Positions 44,681-52,512 of a DNA stretch of 64,000 bases are shown here, in pieces. Made by a program: the position numbers and the translations under genes. The stretch is from Acidimicrobiia bacterium (lineage in GTDB: Bacteria > Actinomycetota > Acidimicrobiia > Acidimicrobiales > VFJN01): the NCBI GenBank assembly GCA_009694375.1, contig SHVB01000001.1, positions 70,366 to 134,365 of the forward strand. Reading direction: 5' to 3'. Every line of letters begins with the position of its first letter. The stretch's first letter is position 1. The notes under the pieces are model-generated. The model searched no databases and was not told the DNA's origin. It was given only the letters and a program-made list of their open reading frames with translations.

Positions 44681-45703
44681 ATGTCCAGCATGGTCGCGCC
44701 CCACCTAGCACTGGCCGTGGTGGGTGGCCGGCTAGCCACCGAACTCGTGGATGTGACCGCTGATTTGACCTGCCTCGACAGCACCGGGTTCTGGGCCGTA
44801 GTACTGCCCTTCGAAGGCGAAGCGGTGTGCGCCCGCTTCGCCAACGTCCGTCCCGCCCGCCCGTGGCCTGGTCCGGCCTGGTCCGGCCCCGAGCCAAGCG
44901 AGTGGACCACATCGCTCGATGAGGCGGCTTTCCTCGCCGGGGTGCGCTCCATCCGGGAGTCGATCGCGGCGGGCGACGTCTACCAGGTGAATCTCACCCG
45001 ACGGCTGTCGGCCCCATTCCCATCCGGCGGCAACATCGCCGCGCTCGGGGCCGCCCTCGCCCAGGGAAATCCAGCGCCGTACGCCGCGGTGGTGCGCCTC
45101 CCCCACCTCGGTTGCGAGGTGGCCTCGGCCTCCCCGGAACGCTTCCTGTGGCGCGACGGCGACCGCGTGCGCTCCGCCCCGATCAAGGGCACCGCCCCGG
45201 ATCCCTCCGGCCTTACCGAGAAAGACCGGGCCGAGAACGTCATGATCGTGGACCTGGTGCGCAACGACCTGGGTCGGGTGTGCGAGTTCGGGTCGGTGAC
45301 GGTGTCGGGGTTACTCGCGGTGGAGGAACACCCCGGCCTCGTGCACTTCGTGTCCACCGTCGAAGGCCAACTGCGACCAGGGTGCGGCTGGGCTGACGCG
45401 ATCGCCGCCACCTTTCCACCCGGGTCAGTGAGCGGCGCCCCAAAGTTGGCGGCGCTGGATCGGATCGCAACCCTCGAGCCGGTGGCTCGCGGGGTGTACT
45501 GCGGCGCGGTTGGCTGGGTCGATGCCGATCGTTCCCAAGGCGACCTGAATGTAGCGATCCGCACGTTCTGGGTGGAGGACGGTCGGCTCCACTTCGGCAC
45601 CGGCGGAGGCATCACCTGGGACAGCGATCCGGACGACGAATGGGCCGAGACCCAACTCAAAGCTCGCCACCTTCTCCAAGTTGCGTCAGGATCGTGGCGG
45701 TGA
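44681..45703 (+). CDS. pabB: aminodeoxychorismate synthase component I (compact form)
   Basis: 340 aa with a chorismate-binding core: VYQVNLTRR, SPERFL, SAPIKGT (PabB-type Lys), and PPGSVSGAPK..GVYCGAVGW. Confidence 0.8.
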   Translation: MSSMVAPHLALAVVGGRLATELVDVTADLTCLDSTGFWAVVLPFEGEAVCARFANVRPARPWPGPAWSGPEPSEWTTSLDEAAFLAGVRSIRESIAAGDVYQVNLTRRLSAPFPSGGNIAALGAALAQGNPAPYAAVVRLPHLGCEVASASPERFLWRDGDRVRSAPIKGTAPDPSGLTEKDRAENVMIVDLVRNDLGRVCEFGSVTVSGLLAVEEHPGLVHFVSTVEGQLRPGCGWADAIAATFPPGSVSGAPKLAALDRIATLEPVARGVYCGAVGWVDADRSQGDLNVAIRTFWVEDGRLHFGTGGGITWDSDPDDEWAETQLKARHLLQVASGSWR

Positions 45704-45711
45704 GCGAAGCA

Positions 45712-46515
45712 ATGGTGTGGTCGAATGGGTCGCTGATCCCCGCCGAGCGGGCCACCGTGTCGATCTTCGACCACGGCCTCACCGTGGGCGATGGCGTTTT
45801 TGAGACCATCAAGGCCAACCACGGCGAGCCGTTTGCCCTGCTCCGCCATCTCGAACGCCTGCGACGTTCAGCAACCGCTCTGGGTCTAAGCGTCCCCTTC
45901 GACGATGCCACGCTCAGTGACGCCATCACGGCGGTGCTGGGGGCCCAACCGATGCCGCTGGCTCGGGTGCGCATCACCGTTACCGGTGGGGTCGCCCCGC
46001 TGGGATCGGAACGGGGCGAGGGCACCATCACGGTGCTGGTGGCCGCAGGGCCCCTGGCCACTGCCCCGGCCTCCACCGCGGTGCACACGGTGCCCTGGCC
46101 CCGCAACGAACGTGGCGTTCTGGCCGGCATCAAGACCACCTCGTACGCCGAGAACGTGGTGGCGTTGGCCTACGCCAGGGCGCGCGGCGCCAGCGAGGCC
46201 ATCTTTGCCACCACCACCGACCTACTCTGCGAGGGCACCGGCGCCAACGTGTTCGTGGGCATCGGTGGTCGGCTGCTCACGCCGCCGCTGTCCTCCGGTT
46301 GCCTGGCCGGGGTCACGCGGGCTCTCGTGCTGGAGGTCACCGATGCCCTGGAGGAAGACATTCCGATGGAGGCGTTCGGGACCGCCGAGGAGATCTTCCT
46401 CACCAGCACCGGACGCGATGTGCAGGCGGTCCATCGGGTGAACGAGCGCCCCCTGCCCACCCCCGGCCCGCTCACCGAGGCCGCCGCCCGCGCCTTCGCC
46501 AACGTCACGGCCTAG
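45712..46515 (+). CDS. pabC: aminodeoxychorismate lyase / class IV aminotransferase
   Basis: MVWSNGSLIPAERATVSIFDHGLTVGDGVFETI..,.IKTTSY..,.LLTPPLSSGCLAGVTR. The start is either ATG 45712 or GTG 45700, which overlaps the pabB stop. Confidence 0.8.
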   Translation: MVWSNGSLIPAERATVSIFDHGLTVGDGVFETIKANHGEPFALLRHLERLRRSATALGLSVPFDDATLSDAITAVLGAQPMPLARVRITVTGGVAPLGSERGEGTITVLVAAGPLATAPASTAVHTVPWPRNERGVLAGIKTTSYAENVVALAYARARGASEAIFATTTDLLCEGTGANVFVGIGGRLLTPPLSSGCLAGVTRALVLEVTDALEEDIPMEAFGTAEEIFLTSTGRDVQAVHRVNERPLPTPGPLTEAAARAFANVTA

Positions 46516-46522
46516 CTCTCAA

Positions 46523-46548
46523 GGTGGGGGGCGCCCACCATCGGTGGG
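46523..46548. terminator. GC hairpin(s) between convergent pabC and birA
   Basis: GGTGGG-gggcg-CCCACC-atc-GGTGGG offers two mutually exclusive 6-bp stems. No U-tract follows. Confidence 0.2.
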
Positions 46549-46584
46549 CCGTGGCTGTTGCCCCAACTCCCGCGCTGGGGTGGG

Positions 46585-47439
46585 TTAGACCGGACGCAGG
46601 TGCACGACGTCGCCCACCGCCAAGGAGTGGCGCTGGCCGTCGGAGGTCTCCACCACGAGGTGGCCCTGCTCGTTCACATCCACCGCCATCCCCTCCACAT
46701 CACCCGAGGCGAGTTCCACCCGGACTCGCCGACCCAGGGTGGCCGAGCGCTCGCGCCAGGCCGCTAGGAGCCCCGTTCGATCGCCCGCGGCCAGCGCGTC
46801 GTAGCGAGGACCCAAGGCATTGAGCAGAGCAATCAACAACTCCTCGCGGTCCACCGGCCTGGGCACGATGTGGTTGCAGGCCACCGCTATCTTGGCCAAC
46901 TCCGAGGGGAGGTTGTCGGGCCAATCCACGTTGATCCCAATACCCACCACCACCACGGCGCGTTCATGGGGGGCTGGCACCCGCCATCCCGCCGTGACCT
47001 CAACCCCCAACGGCCAGTCGGCCTCCGCCAAGATTCCGGCCAGTTTGCGATCCGGCCCCGAACCATCCCCCGGCCACACGAGATCATTGGGCCACTTCAG
47101 CCGAGGCGCGAATCCCGCCACGGCCTCCACGGCACTTGCCGCCGCCACCGCTACGGCCATCGTGGCCAAATCCATTACGGCGGCCGGGGGCCGCAGGAGG
47201 ACCGTGAGCAGCAGACTCGCCCCCGGAGGGGCCGTCCAGGGGCGCCCGGCCCGCCCGCGACCGGCCGTCTGATAGTCGGCCACTAGCACGATGCCCTCGG
47301 GCTCACCCTGGCGCATCAACTCCATCGCATCAGCGTTGGTAGAGCCCGTTTCGGCCACCCAACGCACGTCCGCAAAGCGCCTTCCGGGGCCCTCGGCCAG
47401 AACTGATCTGGCACGTGTACCCGGCACGGCGCTAATCAT
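46585..47439 (-). CDS. birA: biotin--[acetyl-CoA-carboxylase] ligase (no HTH domain)
   Basis: 284 aa with TGSTNADA and GRGRAGRPW (the biotin-ligase GRGRxGRxW motif), LKWPND. Confidence 0.88.
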   Translation of the reverse strand: MISAVPGTRARSVLAEGPGRRFADVRWVAETGSTNADAMELMRQGEPEGIVLVADYQTAGRGRAGRPWTAPPGASLLLTVLLRPPAAVMDLATMAVAVAAASAVEAVAGFAPRLKWPNDLVWPGDGSGPDRKLAGILAEADWPLGVEVTAGWRVPAPHERAVVVVGIGINVDWPDNLPSELAKIAVACNHIVPRPVDREELLIALLNALGPRYDALAAGDRTGLLAAWRERSATLGRRVRVELASGDVEGMAVDVNEQGHLVVETSDGQRHSLAVGDVVHLRPV

Positions 47440-47444
47440 AGAGG

Positions 47445-49202
47445 GTGCTTACCAAAGTCCTCATCGCCAATCGGGGCGAGATTGCTGTCCGAGTCATCCG
47501 CGCTTGCCAGGAAATGGGTATTGCCACGGTGGCGGTCTATTCCCAGTTAGATCGGGGGGCGCTCCACGTTCGCCTCGCCGATGAGGCTTACGCGCTGGGA
47601 GGCCAGACCGCCGCCGAGAGTTACCTCAATACGGCACGAATCCTCGAGGTAATCGAACAGTCCGGCGCCGATGGCGTGCATCCGGGTTACGGCTTCTTCT
47701 CCGAAAACACCGACTTCGCCCGGGCCATCACCGAACGCGGTGTGACCTTCATCGGTCCGCCGCCCGAGGCCATCGAAGTGATGGGCGACAAGGTCTCGAG
47801 CCGCATCGCTGCGCAGGCCGCCGGGGTGCAGGGCGTGCCCGGCACCACCGAGTTCCTCTCCTCCAGCGATGAGGTGGTGGCCTTCGGTACCGAGTTTGGG
47901 TGGCCGGTGGCCATCAAGGCGGCCTACGGCGGCGGCGGGCGCGGCATGCGCGTGGTGTTGAGCGCGTCCGAGGCCCACGATGCACTCGAGTCGGCCCAAT
48001 CGGAGGCCCTGAAAGGCTTTGGGCGCGACGAGTGCTACGTGGAGCGCTACCTCACCTGGCCGCGTCACGTCGAGATGCAAATCATCGGCGACACGCACGG
48101 CAACGTGGTGTGGATCGGCGAACGCGACTGCTCGGCCCAACGTCGCCACCAAAAACTGATCGAGGAAAGCCCGGCGCCGTCCTTCCCCCCCGAGACTCGT
48201 CAGGCCATGGGCGAAGCGGCGGTCAAGGTGGCCAAAGCCTGCGGCTATTACAACGCGGGCACTGTTGAGTTCCTCTTCCAAGACGGCGAGTTCTGGTTCC
48301 TCGAGATGAACACCCGCCTGCAGGTGGAACACCCCGTTACCGAGTTGGTGTCGGGAATCGACCTCGTGCGCGAGCAGATCCGGGTGGCGTCGGGTGAGCC
48401 CCTGTCCTTCACGCAGGACGACATCGACCTGCGGGGTTGGGCCATCGAGGTGCGGGTCAATGCCGAGAACCCCGCGGAAGGACGGTTCCTTCCCTCTCCC
48501 GGCACCATCACCGAACTCGTACCGCCGCAGGGCTTTGGGGTGCGCTGGGACGGTGGGTACGAAAGCGGCGACGAAGTGAGCCAGTACTACGACAACCTGG
48601 TGGGGAAACTAGTGGTGTGGGGCGACACGCGCGACACCGCCATCGACCGCATGATTCGCGCCCTCACGGAAATGCGCATCGAGGGAATCGCCACCACCAT
48701 TCCTGCCGACCTCGCCATCTTGCGCCACCCCGACTTCCGGGCCGCCGCGCACTCCACCAAGTGGGTGGAGGATCGCCTCGATCTCACCGGCATCACCTCC
48801 GGACCGACAGCGCCAGCGGTTGATCCCGACGAGGCCCCCAAGGTGCAACGAGATGTAGACGTGGAGATCAACGGCAAACGCTTCTCGGTGAAGATGTGGG
48901 TACCCGACGTCCCTATGGTGGCGGCCACGGCTTCGGCCGGCCCTCGCCACCGCCGAGCGGTCGCCAGTGGCAAAACGGCGGCCGCTGGCAGCGGAAACGT
49001 CTCCGCGCCGATGCAGGGCACCATTGTGAAGGTGCTCGTCGAGGTGGGCCAGACCGTGACCGTTGGTCAGTCTGTCTGCGTGCTGGAAGCCATGAAGATG
49101 GAAAACACCATCGCCGCTGACAAGGACGGAACCGTGGCGGAAATCAAGGTCGCCGCGGGCCAGTCGGTGGGGACCGGCGACATCGTGGTGGTTATCGACT
49201 GA
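47445..49202 (+). CDS. accA: acetyl/propionyl-CoA carboxylase alpha subunit (biotin carboxylase + BCCP)
   Basis: 585 aa with (M)LTKVLIANRGEIAVRVIRA, ATP-grasp motifs and a C-terminal biotinyl-lysine motif VLEAMKMEN. Confidence 0.95.
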   Translation: MLTKVLIANRGEIAVRVIRACQEMGIATVAVYSQLDRGALHVRLADEAYALGGQTAAESYLNTARILEVIEQSGADGVHPGYGFFSENTDFARAITERGVTFIGPPPEAIEVMGDKVSSRIAAQAAGVQGVPGTTEFLSSSDEVVAFGTEFGWPVAIKAAYGGGGRGMRVVLSASEAHDALESAQSEALKGFGRDECYVERYLTWPRHVEMQIIGDTHGNVVWIGERDCSAQRRHQKLIEESPAPSFPPETRQAMGEAAVKVAKACGYYNAGTVEFLFQDGEFWFLEMNTRLQVEHPVTELVSGIDLVREQIRVASGEPLSFTQDDIDLRGWAIEVRVNAENPAEGRFLPSPGTITELVPPQGFGVRWDGGYESGDEVSQYYDNLVGKLVVWGDTRDTAIDRMIRALTEMRIEGIATTIPADLAILRHPDFRAAAHSTKWVEDRLDLTGITSGPTAPAVDPDEAPKVQRDVDVEINGKRFSVKMWVPDVPMVAATASAGPRHRRAVASGKTAAAGSGNVSAPMQGTIVKVLVEVGQTVTVGQSVCVLEAMKMENTIAADKDGTVAEIKVAAGQSVGTGDIVVVID

Positions 49203-49725
49203 CGCCGGCGGTTCGCGCCACGCTCAGCGCCCGCGGTAGATCCACGAAGGCGGCGTACACCAGCACCAGCGCCAGCGCCGAGAGAGCCACGATGACCACG
49301 GCAACACCCGGGGCATCGATGAGGGCGTCGAGAGGCGGTGCCGAAGACCACCCCGCCATGGCCACCGCTACACCCGCCAGGAACACATCCAGCACCACGT
49401 GGATCGGATGCGGCGGTGTTTCATCGCGTCCGAAGCACCCGCAGGACCCAATCATCGTGCCGCTCCGCCGGGCGAGCACCACGAACGCCCCGAACGCCCC
49501 GTAACTCAGCCCCACCAACGACCACACCAGCGCCCCGCCCACCGTGATGGCCGCCAACCCGAGCACCAGTTCCGCTCCTGATCCCAGCCGCACCCACCCT
49601 GAGCGGGCCGGCAGCCCCAGGGCCCGCAAGGCCCCCACGGTCATGGTGGGATCAAGGAGCTTCTGGGCCCCAGCGAGGGCCAGCAATGCCGCGACGACCA
49701 GGGCGGGGGCGGTGAGCGCCGGCAT
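49192..49725 (-). CDS. MauE/DoxX-family redox-associated membrane protein
   Basis: 177 aa with 4 TM helices, GAQKLLDP near the N-terminus, and the SCGCFG motif (49429-49446) characteristic of MauE. Confidence 0.8.
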   Translation of the reverse strand: MPALTAPALVVAALLALAGAQKLLDPTMTVGALRALGLPARSGWVRLGSGAELVLGLAAITVGGALVWSLVGLSYGAFGAFVVLARRSGTMIGSCGCFGRDETPPHPIHVVLDVFLAGVAVAMAGWSSAPPLDALIDAPGVAVVIVALSALALVLVYAAFVDLPRALSVARTAGVSR

Positions 49726-49730
49726 GGGGC

Positions 49731-51089
49731 CTATTCCGACGCCTCGGCCAATGCTTCAGCCAGCGAGGGGTGCACCAGCAGACTGTCCACCAGATCCACG
49801 GCTCGCAGACCATTGGTGACTGCTACCGCCACTACCGCGATCAACTCGCCCGCGTGTCGGCCCACCACCGAGCCACCCAACACGATGCCCGTGGCGGGGT
49901 CGCTCACCAGTTTCACAAAACCCCGCGAATGACTTTCGATCAGGGCCTTGGGTGATGCCGAAAACGGCACCTTGGTGACCCGCACCTTCCGACCTTGCGC
50001 AAAGGCATCCGCCTCCGCCAAGCCAACATCGGCGATCTCAGGCACGGTGAAAATAGCCGTGGCCGCCTTGTCGTAGTCCAGTGTTCGGTGCAGGCCAGAG
50101 GGATAGCCCATCACCTTCTCGGCGATCCGGCGGCCCTGCATCGCGGCCACCGATGACAGCGGGAGTTTCCCCGACAGGTCACCGGCGGCATAGACGTGGG
50201 GCACGTTGGTGGCGCAGTTAGCGTCGATGGGCACGTACCCGCCCACTACGGTTACGCCCGCCGCCGCCAAGCCCAGTCCCTCGCTATTAGGTAGAGACCC
50301 GATGGCCATCAGGGCGTGGGATCCGCTTACCGCTCGGCCATCGTCACAACGCACCGTGAGCGTGTCGGTGTGCCGATCGATCCCCATCGCCCGTGCCCCC
50401 TTGAGCACGTTGACCCCCCGGGAGAGCAGTTCGTCTTCCAAGGCGGCCGCCACCTCGGGGTCTTTCCCCGGCAGCACCTGCTGTCGCGACGCAATCAGGG
50501 TCACCTCGCTCCCCAACGCCGAGAACATGTGGACGAACTCCACCCCTGTCACCCCCGACCCGATCACCACCAGGTGGGTGGGCCACTCCCGGGGCGGATA
50601 GGCGTGGCGCGTGGAGAGCACCCGATGGCCATCCACCTCAGCCCAGTCGGGCCGACGCGGACGGCTCCCGGTGGCGAGAAGAATGGCATCGGCTTCGAGT
50701 TCGATCCGCCCGTCGTCGGTAGTGGCCACCACCTGGTGCGGGCCCACCAAACAACCGTTTCCCCGCAGTATCCGCACGCCCTGGCTCTCGAGAAGCTGCC
50801 GGGTGTCGTGCTCGATTTTGGCGGAGATGCCCTCGATCCGTTGCCGGAGCGCCACGGCATCCACGCCAACCGGGCCCGGCGTGAGTGCCATTTCTGATGA
50901 CCGCCGCACCGCGGCCAGCGCCCCACCGGTGGCGATCATGGCCTTGGACGGAATGCAGTCCCAGAGGTGCGCCGCGCCCCCAATGATATCGCGCTCGATC
51001 ACGGTCACTTCCGCGCCGAAGCCGGCGGCACGGCTGGCCGCAGTGTTGCCGGCGGGCCCACCGCCGATGATCACGAACCTCACAGTCAT
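49731..51089 (-). CDS. lpdA: LpdA-type flavoprotein (NAD(P)H-quinone dehydrogenase-like pyridine nucleotide-disulfide oxidoreductase)
   Basis: MTVRFVIIGGGPAGN.. (FAD), a second GxGxxG (VVIGSGVTGVE), and a dimerisation domain. The redox centre reads GGAAHLWDCIPSK, with only one Cys where Lpd has CxxxxC. I chose the ATG at 51089. Confidence 0.85.
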   Translation of the reverse strand: MTVRFVIIGGGPAGNTAASRAAGFGAEVTVIERDIIGGAAHLWDCIPSKAMIATGGALAAVRRSSEMALTPGPVGVDAVALRQRIEGISAKIEHDTRQLLESQGVRILRGNGCLVGPHQVVATTDDGRIELEADAILLATGSRPRRPDWAEVDGHRVLSTRHAYPPREWPTHLVVIGSGVTGVEFVHMFSALGSEVTLIASRQQVLPGKDPEVAAALEDELLSRGVNVLKGARAMGIDRHTDTLTVRCDDGRAVSGSHALMAIGSLPNSEGLGLAAAGVTVVGGYVPIDANCATNVPHVYAAGDLSGKLPLSSVAAMQGRRIAEKVMGYPSGLHRTLDYDKAATAIFTVPEIADVGLAEADAFAQGRKVRVTKVPFSASPKALIESHSRGFVKLVSDPATGIVLGGSVVGRHAGELIAVVAVAVTNGLRAVDLVDSLLVHPSLAEALAEASE

Positions 51090-51170
51090 AGCCTGGACGC
51101 TACCGAATCGGCGCCTCTCCCCCGCCGCTAGCGCACCGAGCAGCCCCGATGGCTGCACTATCGTTGGGGC
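51090..51170. promoter_or_regulatory. divergent intergenic region between the lpdA-like gene and the TAT/Cys-rich gene
   Basis: 81 bp between opposed start codons. TATCGT (51159-51164, TANNNT-type -10) ends 6 nt before GTG 51171, which is compatible with a leaderless or very short leader. This rests on geometry only. Confidence 0.2.
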
Positions 51171-52502
51171 GTGGTCGCTTCCAATCTGCTAGCCCGAGCA
51201 ACCAATGCGGTGGCCCATCGCATTGACCGACGAAGTTTTCTGGCCCGCTCTGCCATGGCGGGAACGGCGCTGGTCACCGCCCCCGCCAACTTTCTCCTGC
51301 GCCCCCAGAGCGCCTACGCCGCCACCTGCAACTGCCAGGGCCAGGGATGCGCTTGCGGCTCCCTGTGCTGCGACGGCTACACCGAGTTCTGCTGCGCCAT
51401 CTACGGCACCAACACCTGCCCGAGCGGCTCGCTCACCGGCGGCTGGTGGAAGGCCGACGGGTCATCGTTTTGTGGGGGCGCCGCCCGCTACTACATGGAC
51501 TGCCACAAGCCCTGCGGCTTTTGCAGCTGCGGCGGCTCGGGGGTGTGCAGCGGCGCCTGCAACGGAAGCCCGTGCGGTTGTGCAAAGGGCCGCTGTGACC
51601 ACCGCAAGGCTGGTTGCACCTCGTTCCGATACGGCAACTGCAACAACGCCACCGCCTGCATCGGTCCGATCCTGTGCCGAGTGGTTACCTGTACCGAGCC
51701 CTGGAAGATCGAACCCACGTGCTCCAGCGCCGCCGTGCGAACCGACAACAACACGGCGAACCACAACCGGCCATGCCTCCAAACAGCACCGCCCATCTAT
51801 CCAGTGGCGGGCAACTGGGACGGAATCGGCAAATCCGGCATCGGCTTCTACGACAACCTCACCCACCTCTGGACAATCCGCCAGTCGGCCAATCTCGGTC
51901 CCGTGGCCCCCTTCGCCTACGGCCTCCAACCCGGTGATCGGCCCGTCGTAGGCGACTGGAACGGTGACGGGACAACCGGCGTAGGAATCTTCCGCAACGC
52001 CGTGTGGCACCTGTCGAATCAGATCAACCCCGCCTCTACCTTCCTGGTCAGTGCCCCCTACGGGCAGCAGTCCGGCGACATGCCGGTGGCGGGAGATTGG
52101 AACGGTGACGGCACCGACTCGCCCGGCATCTTCCGCCGCGGTGGCTATTGGCACCTCAGCGACAATCTGGCCTCCCCCTCGACGGTGCGCGTGGTGCGCT
52201 ACGGCCTCGCGGTCGGCGACCTACCCGTGGTGGGCGACTGGAACAATGACGGCATCGACGGCATCGGTATTTTTCGCAGCGGCATGTGGCATCTCAACAA
52301 CACCCTTGCACCCTCCTCCACTGCCCGGCTTATCCCCTTCGGACAGCGCGGCGACATACCGGTGGTGGGTGATTGGCACGCTCTCGGCCAGGTGAGCCTG
52401 GGCGTGTACCGACCGTCAGAGGGAACATGGTATTTACGCCGATCACTGACCGACGCGTCGGTGATCACCGTCAAGTTTGGACAACGATGGCTACTCGGCT
52501 GA
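51171..52502 (+). CDS. TAT-exported protein: 26-Cys MauA (methylamine dehydrogenase light chain)-like domain fused to five FG-GAP/VCBS-type repeats
   Basis: 443 aa. The twin-arginine signal is DRRSFLARSAMAGTALVTAPANFLLRPQSAYA|AT. Residues 51-202 contain 26 Cys, including CPSGSLTGGWWKADGSSFCGGAARYYMDCHKPCG. These are followed by 5 repeats of P-V-x-G-D-W-N-G-D-G..G-I-F-R..W-H-L. Confidence 0.75.
   Translation: MVASNLLARATNAVAHRIDRRSFLARSAMAGTALVTAPANFLLRPQSAYAATCNCQGQGCACGSLCCDGYTEFCCAIYGTNTCPSGSLTGGWWKADGSSFCGGAARYYMDCHKPCGFCSCGGSGVCSGACNGSPCGCAKGRCDHRKAGCTSFRYGNCNNATACIGPILCRVVTCTEPWKIEPTCSSAAVRTDNNTANHNRPCLQTAPPIYPVAGNWDGIGKSGIGFYDNLTHLWTIRQSANLGPVAPFAYGLQPGDRPVVGDWNGDGTTGVGIFRNAVWHLSNQINPASTFLVSAPYGQQSGDMPVAGDWNGDGTDSPGIFRRGGYWHLSDNLASPSTVRVVRYGLAVGDLPVVGDWNNDGIDGIGIFRSGMWHLNNTLAPSSTARLIPFGQRGDIPVVGDWHALGQVSLGVYRPSEGTWYLRRSLTDASVITVKFGQRWLLG
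51798..52499 (+). repeat. five tandem ~46-aa FG-GAP/VCBS-like coding repeats
   Basis: The repeats begin YPVAGNWDGIGKSGIGFY.. / RPVVGDWNGDGTTGVGIFR.. / MPVAGDWNGDGTDSPGIFR.. / LPVVGDWNNDGIDGIGIFR.. / IPVVGDWHALGQVSLGVYR.., with a period of about 138-141 nt. Confidence 0.85.
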
Positions 52503-52512
52503 TGGCGACTTG

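Noticed and set aside
51205-51951. 248-aa alternative-frame ORF (Ala/Pro/Arg-rich) overlapping the Cys-rich gene, and the 230-aa antisense ORF at 51462-52154
   Set aside because: The 51171 frame has a clean TAT signal, periodic repeats and G/C-rich third positions. The alternative frames are low-complexity and have no start context.
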